This document shows, in pieces, positions 61,244-64,000 of a stretch of 64,000 bases of DNA (within the stretch, counting starts at the first letter, position 1; every line of letters starts with the position of its first letter). Under the pieces are notes generated by a model. The model saw only the letters and a list, made by a program, of their open reading frames with translations. It did not search any database and was not told the origin of the DNA. This DNA is from Utricularia gibba (taxonomy: Eukaryota; Plantae; Magnoliophyta). The DNA lies in contig CM007992.1 of NCBI GenBank assembly GCA_002189035.1, forward strand, positions 1,240,001-1,304,000, in the 5' to 3' direction. The position numbers and the translations under genes were made by a program.

Positions 61244-63787
61244 ATGGCGGCGGATAGCTACAAGTCCGACACCCGGATTCTGCGTGAGCTTGAGCAGCTC
61301 AGCGAGTCGCTGGACCATCAGCCCAGAGCGACAAGGAGAAATGCTTCCCTTGCGCTTCCTAGAAATGCTACTACTCTTGATTCCACTGTGAAAGAGCACC
61401 ATGGCCGTGGCCTCGCCGTCAATCCAAAGCCCAGATCGCGGCGGATGTCGTTGTCGCCGTGGCGGAGTAGGTCTTCCAAGCCGGAGATGGAGGAGGAGGA
61501 GGAGGCGAGTGACCAGAGGGCGGTGGAGGAGAGCAGGGGTTCTAGCAAATGGGCAGACGAGAACCCCGCCGAGAAGAAGGGGATCTGGAATTGGAAGCCG
61601 ATTAGGGCTCTCACGCATATCGCAATGCAGAAACTGAGCTGTTTGTTCTCCGTTGAAGTCGTCACCGCCCAAAATCTTCCGCCCTCGATGAACGGGCTCC
61701 GGCTTGCTGTTTGTGTGAGGAAGAAGGAAACCAAAGACGGTTCCGTACAAACCATGCCATCCAGAGTTTCCGAGGGAGCTGCTGATTTTGAGGAGACTCT
61801 CTTCATTCGTTGCCATGTTTACTTCACCCCAGGTACCGGGATTCAGTTGAAATTTGAGCCTCGCCCCTTTTATATCTATGTCGTCGCCGTTGATGCGCCG
61901 GAGCTTGATTTTGGCCGGAGTGTTGTGGATGTGACCAGCCTGATTCAGGATTCTATCAAGAAAAGCTTCGAGGGAACAAGAATAACGCAATGGGACACAA
62001 ATTTCGGTCTTATTGGTAAGGCTAAAGGGGGAGAGCTTCTTCTAAAACTGGGGTTTCAGATCATGGAGAAGGATGGAGGATTCGAGATTTTCCGGCAGGC
62101 GCAGGGGGAGAAACCGGCAGACAGAACTGCTCGGAGTCAATCCAAGACATCCTTCAGTGTTCCGAGTCCCAAGCTGTCTGGTCGCGCAGGACCTTGGAGT
62201 CCTCGCAGTCCACAGAGAGCTTCTTCTGCCGCCGAGCTTCAAGAGATTGATGATCTAAATCTTGATGAACCTGCTCCCGCTCCTCCTCATCCTCCACAAA
62301 CCTCAAATACCAAGAACCTGGAGGAAAAAGCAGAGGAGAATGATTTCCCTGATTTCGATGTAGTTGACAAGGGTGTGGAGATTGAGGTCAAAGAGAAAGA
62401 CCGTGGAGAGGAAGAAGATGAGGAGCACTCGGACAACTTTTCTGACAAGGGAACAGTTTCGAGTGAAGTTGTTAAGGAAGTTGTCCAGGATCCTTACCAC
62501 GTCAATCGGCTGTCAGAGCTCGACTCCATTGCTCTGCAGATCAAGGCTCTGGAATCTATGATGGGAGAGGATATGGTTGAAGCTGAAAAGAATGACGAAG
62601 AAGAAGCTCCAGCGCAGTTGCTGGATGCGGATGAAGATAAAGTGACGAGGGAGTTTCTTCAGCTACTTGAAGATGATGTTCAAGACTTCGAATTCAAGAG
62701 CCTGAATCCCGGTGATGGTCTTGCTCTTAAATTGTCAGGGAGCAACGAAGAGGGGGAAACTGAGGCTTTCCTGAGTGATTTGGGGAAAGGATTGGGATCC
62801 ATTGTTCAGACCGGAAACCGAGGATTCTTGGCAGCCATGAATCCACTGGACACTCCGGTAGCTAGAAAAGATACACCGAAGCTTGCCATGCAGTTATCCA
62901 AGCCAATGGTGATTCGATCAGAGAAAGTTTCTGGTTTTGAGTTGTTCCAGAAAATTGCTGCAGTGGGGCTGCAAGAACTCACCTCTGGGATTCTCTCAGT
63001 GATGCCTATGGATGAGCTCATGGGGAAAACGGCAGAGCAGATTGCATTTGAAGGTATTGCATCGGCGATCATTCTCGGCAGAAATAAAGAAGGAGCAAGT
63101 TCCAGTGCTGCACGCACCGTCGGCGCCCTGAAGTCCATGGCGAATGCGATGAACGTCGGTCGTAAAGATCGGATTTCCTCCGGAATATGGAATGTGGGCG
63201 AGGATCCTTTAACTGTGGACGAGATTCTACCGTTTTCCATCCAAAAAATCGAGAGCATGGCCATGGAAGCGCTGAAAATCCAAGCAGACGCCACCGAAGA
63301 AGAAGCTCCCTTCGACGTTTCACCCGGAAAAGCTTCCGATAATATGTTCACCTCCGCAGTTCCAGTCGACGACTGGGCGAAGGAGAACAAAAACAAGGCG
63401 GCAGAGGCGATCACGGTCGCCGTAGTCATCCAACTGCGTGATCCCCTGAGGCAATACGAGGCCGTCGGCGGCCCGATGCTTGCGCTTATCCAAGTCAGCG
63501 CCGCCGTGGGAGAGAAAGCCGAGGAAGCGAACAAGTATAAAGTTGGGAGCCTTCAAGTGGGTGGAGTGAAGGTGAGAAATCCAGGGAAAAGCAACTCTTG
63601 GGACGGAGAGAAACAAGAGCTGACGGCATTGCAATGGCTTGTGGCGCACGGGCTCGCGAAGGCGGGTAGCAAGAAGGGGAAACGCCCGCCGGCGAAGGGA
63701 TCCGACGTCTTGTGGAGCTTGACGGCGCGTGTGATGGCGGACATGTGGCTGACACCCATCAGAAATCCGGACGTGAAGCTCACGTAG
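61244..63787 (+). CDS. PMI1: PLASTID MOVEMENT IMPAIRED 1 (NT-C2 domain protein), intronless, 847 aa
   Basis: An uninterrupted ORF with KKGIWNWKPIRALTHIAMQKLSCLFSVEV, AVCVRKKETKDGSVQTMPSRV, ELDSIALQIKALESMM, LGKGLGSIVQT, MGKTAEQIAFEGIA, QLRDPLRQYEAVGGPM and the end RVMADMWLTPIRNPDVK. Confidence 0.95.
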   Translation: MAADSYKSDTRILRELEQLSESLDHQPRATRRNASLALPRNATTLDSTVKEHHGRGLAVNPKPRSRRMSLSPWRSRSSKPEMEEEEEASDQRAVEESRGSSKWADENPAEKKGIWNWKPIRALTHIAMQKLSCLFSVEVVTAQNLPPSMNGLRLAVCVRKKETKDGSVQTMPSRVSEGAADFEETLFIRCHVYFTPGTGIQLKFEPRPFYIYVVAVDAPELDFGRSVVDVTSLIQDSIKKSFEGTRITQWDTNFGLIGKAKGGELLLKLGFQIMEKDGGFEIFRQAQGEKPADRTARSQSKTSFSVPSPKLSGRAGPWSPRSPQRASSAAELQEIDDLNLDEPAPAPPHPPQTSNTKNLEEKAEENDFPDFDVVDKGVEIEVKEKDRGEEEDEEHSDNFSDKGTVSSEVVKEVVQDPYHVNRLSELDSIALQIKALESMMGEDMVEAEKNDEEEAPAQLLDADEDKVTREFLQLLEDDVQDFEFKSLNPGDGLALKLSGSNEEGETEAFLSDLGKGLGSIVQTGNRGFLAAMNPLDTPVARKDTPKLAMQLSKPMVIRSEKVSGFELFQKIAAVGLQELTSGILSVMPMDELMGKTAEQIAFEGIASAIILGRNKEGASSSAARTVGALKSMANAMNVGRKDRISSGIWNVGEDPLTVDEILPFSIQKIESMAMEALKIQADATEEEAPFDVSPGKASDNMFTSAVPVDDWAKENKNKAAEAITVAVVIQLRDPLRQYEAVGGPMLALIQVSAAVGEKAEEANKYKVGSLQVGGVKVRNPGKSNSWDGEKQELTALQWLVAHGLAKAGSKKGKRPPAKGSDVLWSLTARVMADMWLTPIRNPDVKLT

Positions 63788-64000
63788 AAAGAAGCAAACG
63801 AAGGTCAAATTCTAATTGCTTTTGCAAGGAATGAAACGATGAAAGGGGTATATAAACAGCGGTGTGAAAAAATGTTTTCTTGATATTTTCAATTGAGAGT
63901 TTATGTTGACTCAATCAATTATGTTAATATATTTTATGTTTTTTATAATAAAAGTATAGAAATTAAATAATATTTAATTTAAAAATAAGAATTTGAATTA

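Noticed and set aside
61142-63808. Long antisense ORFs (282, 242 and 162 aa) over PMI1
   Set aside because: These are expected shadows of a long GC-rich coding sequence with no independent protein features.
1-64000. A novel multi-gene pathway or system (for example a metabolic gene cluster around the CCR-like reductase, MATE and cupin)
   Set aside because: The genes are functionally unrelated housekeeping and regulatory families with no tandem enzyme expansion, and the gene order looks ancestrally conserved.

Overview
This is a gene-dense window from an angiosperm (probably eudicot) nuclear genome, with short introns and AT-rich intergenic DNA. I could reconstruct 17 protein-coding genes by hand from splice sites and recalled family motifs. 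In order they are a DUF4057 protein, a RING-H2 E3 ligase, SCP2, a PAH2 lipin, UROS, a DYW1-like PPR-DYW protein, a DTX33-like MATE, an RRA arabinosyltransferase, a WRKYGKK-type group IIc WRKY, a DUF1195 protein, a small multi-pass membrane protein, BABAM2/BRE, a DUF861 cupin, a proton-pump-interactor-like protein, a CCR-like reductase, a clade-B AHL and PMI1. The window also holds one tRNA-Gln(TTG), two decayed Ty1/copia elements and a clean CRM-type Ty3/gypsy solo LTR with a perfect 5-bp target-site duplication. I found no convincing new multi-gene system. The main observations are these. (1) Six of the seven genes left of about 28.4 kb are each exactly one base short, in or beside a G/C homopolymer, while none of the ten genes to the right is; this is most likely an assembly or polishing error. 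(2) The PAH2 appears to lack the conserved middle lipin (M-Lip) domain. (3) The centromere-type solo LTR sits in a gene-rich region, and together with a copia LTR it brackets the WRKY gene. (4) The DYW1-like protein keeps a short PPR tract. (5) Two GC-AG introns share an unusual AG|GCAAA donor. All family assignments come from recalled motifs, not database searches.
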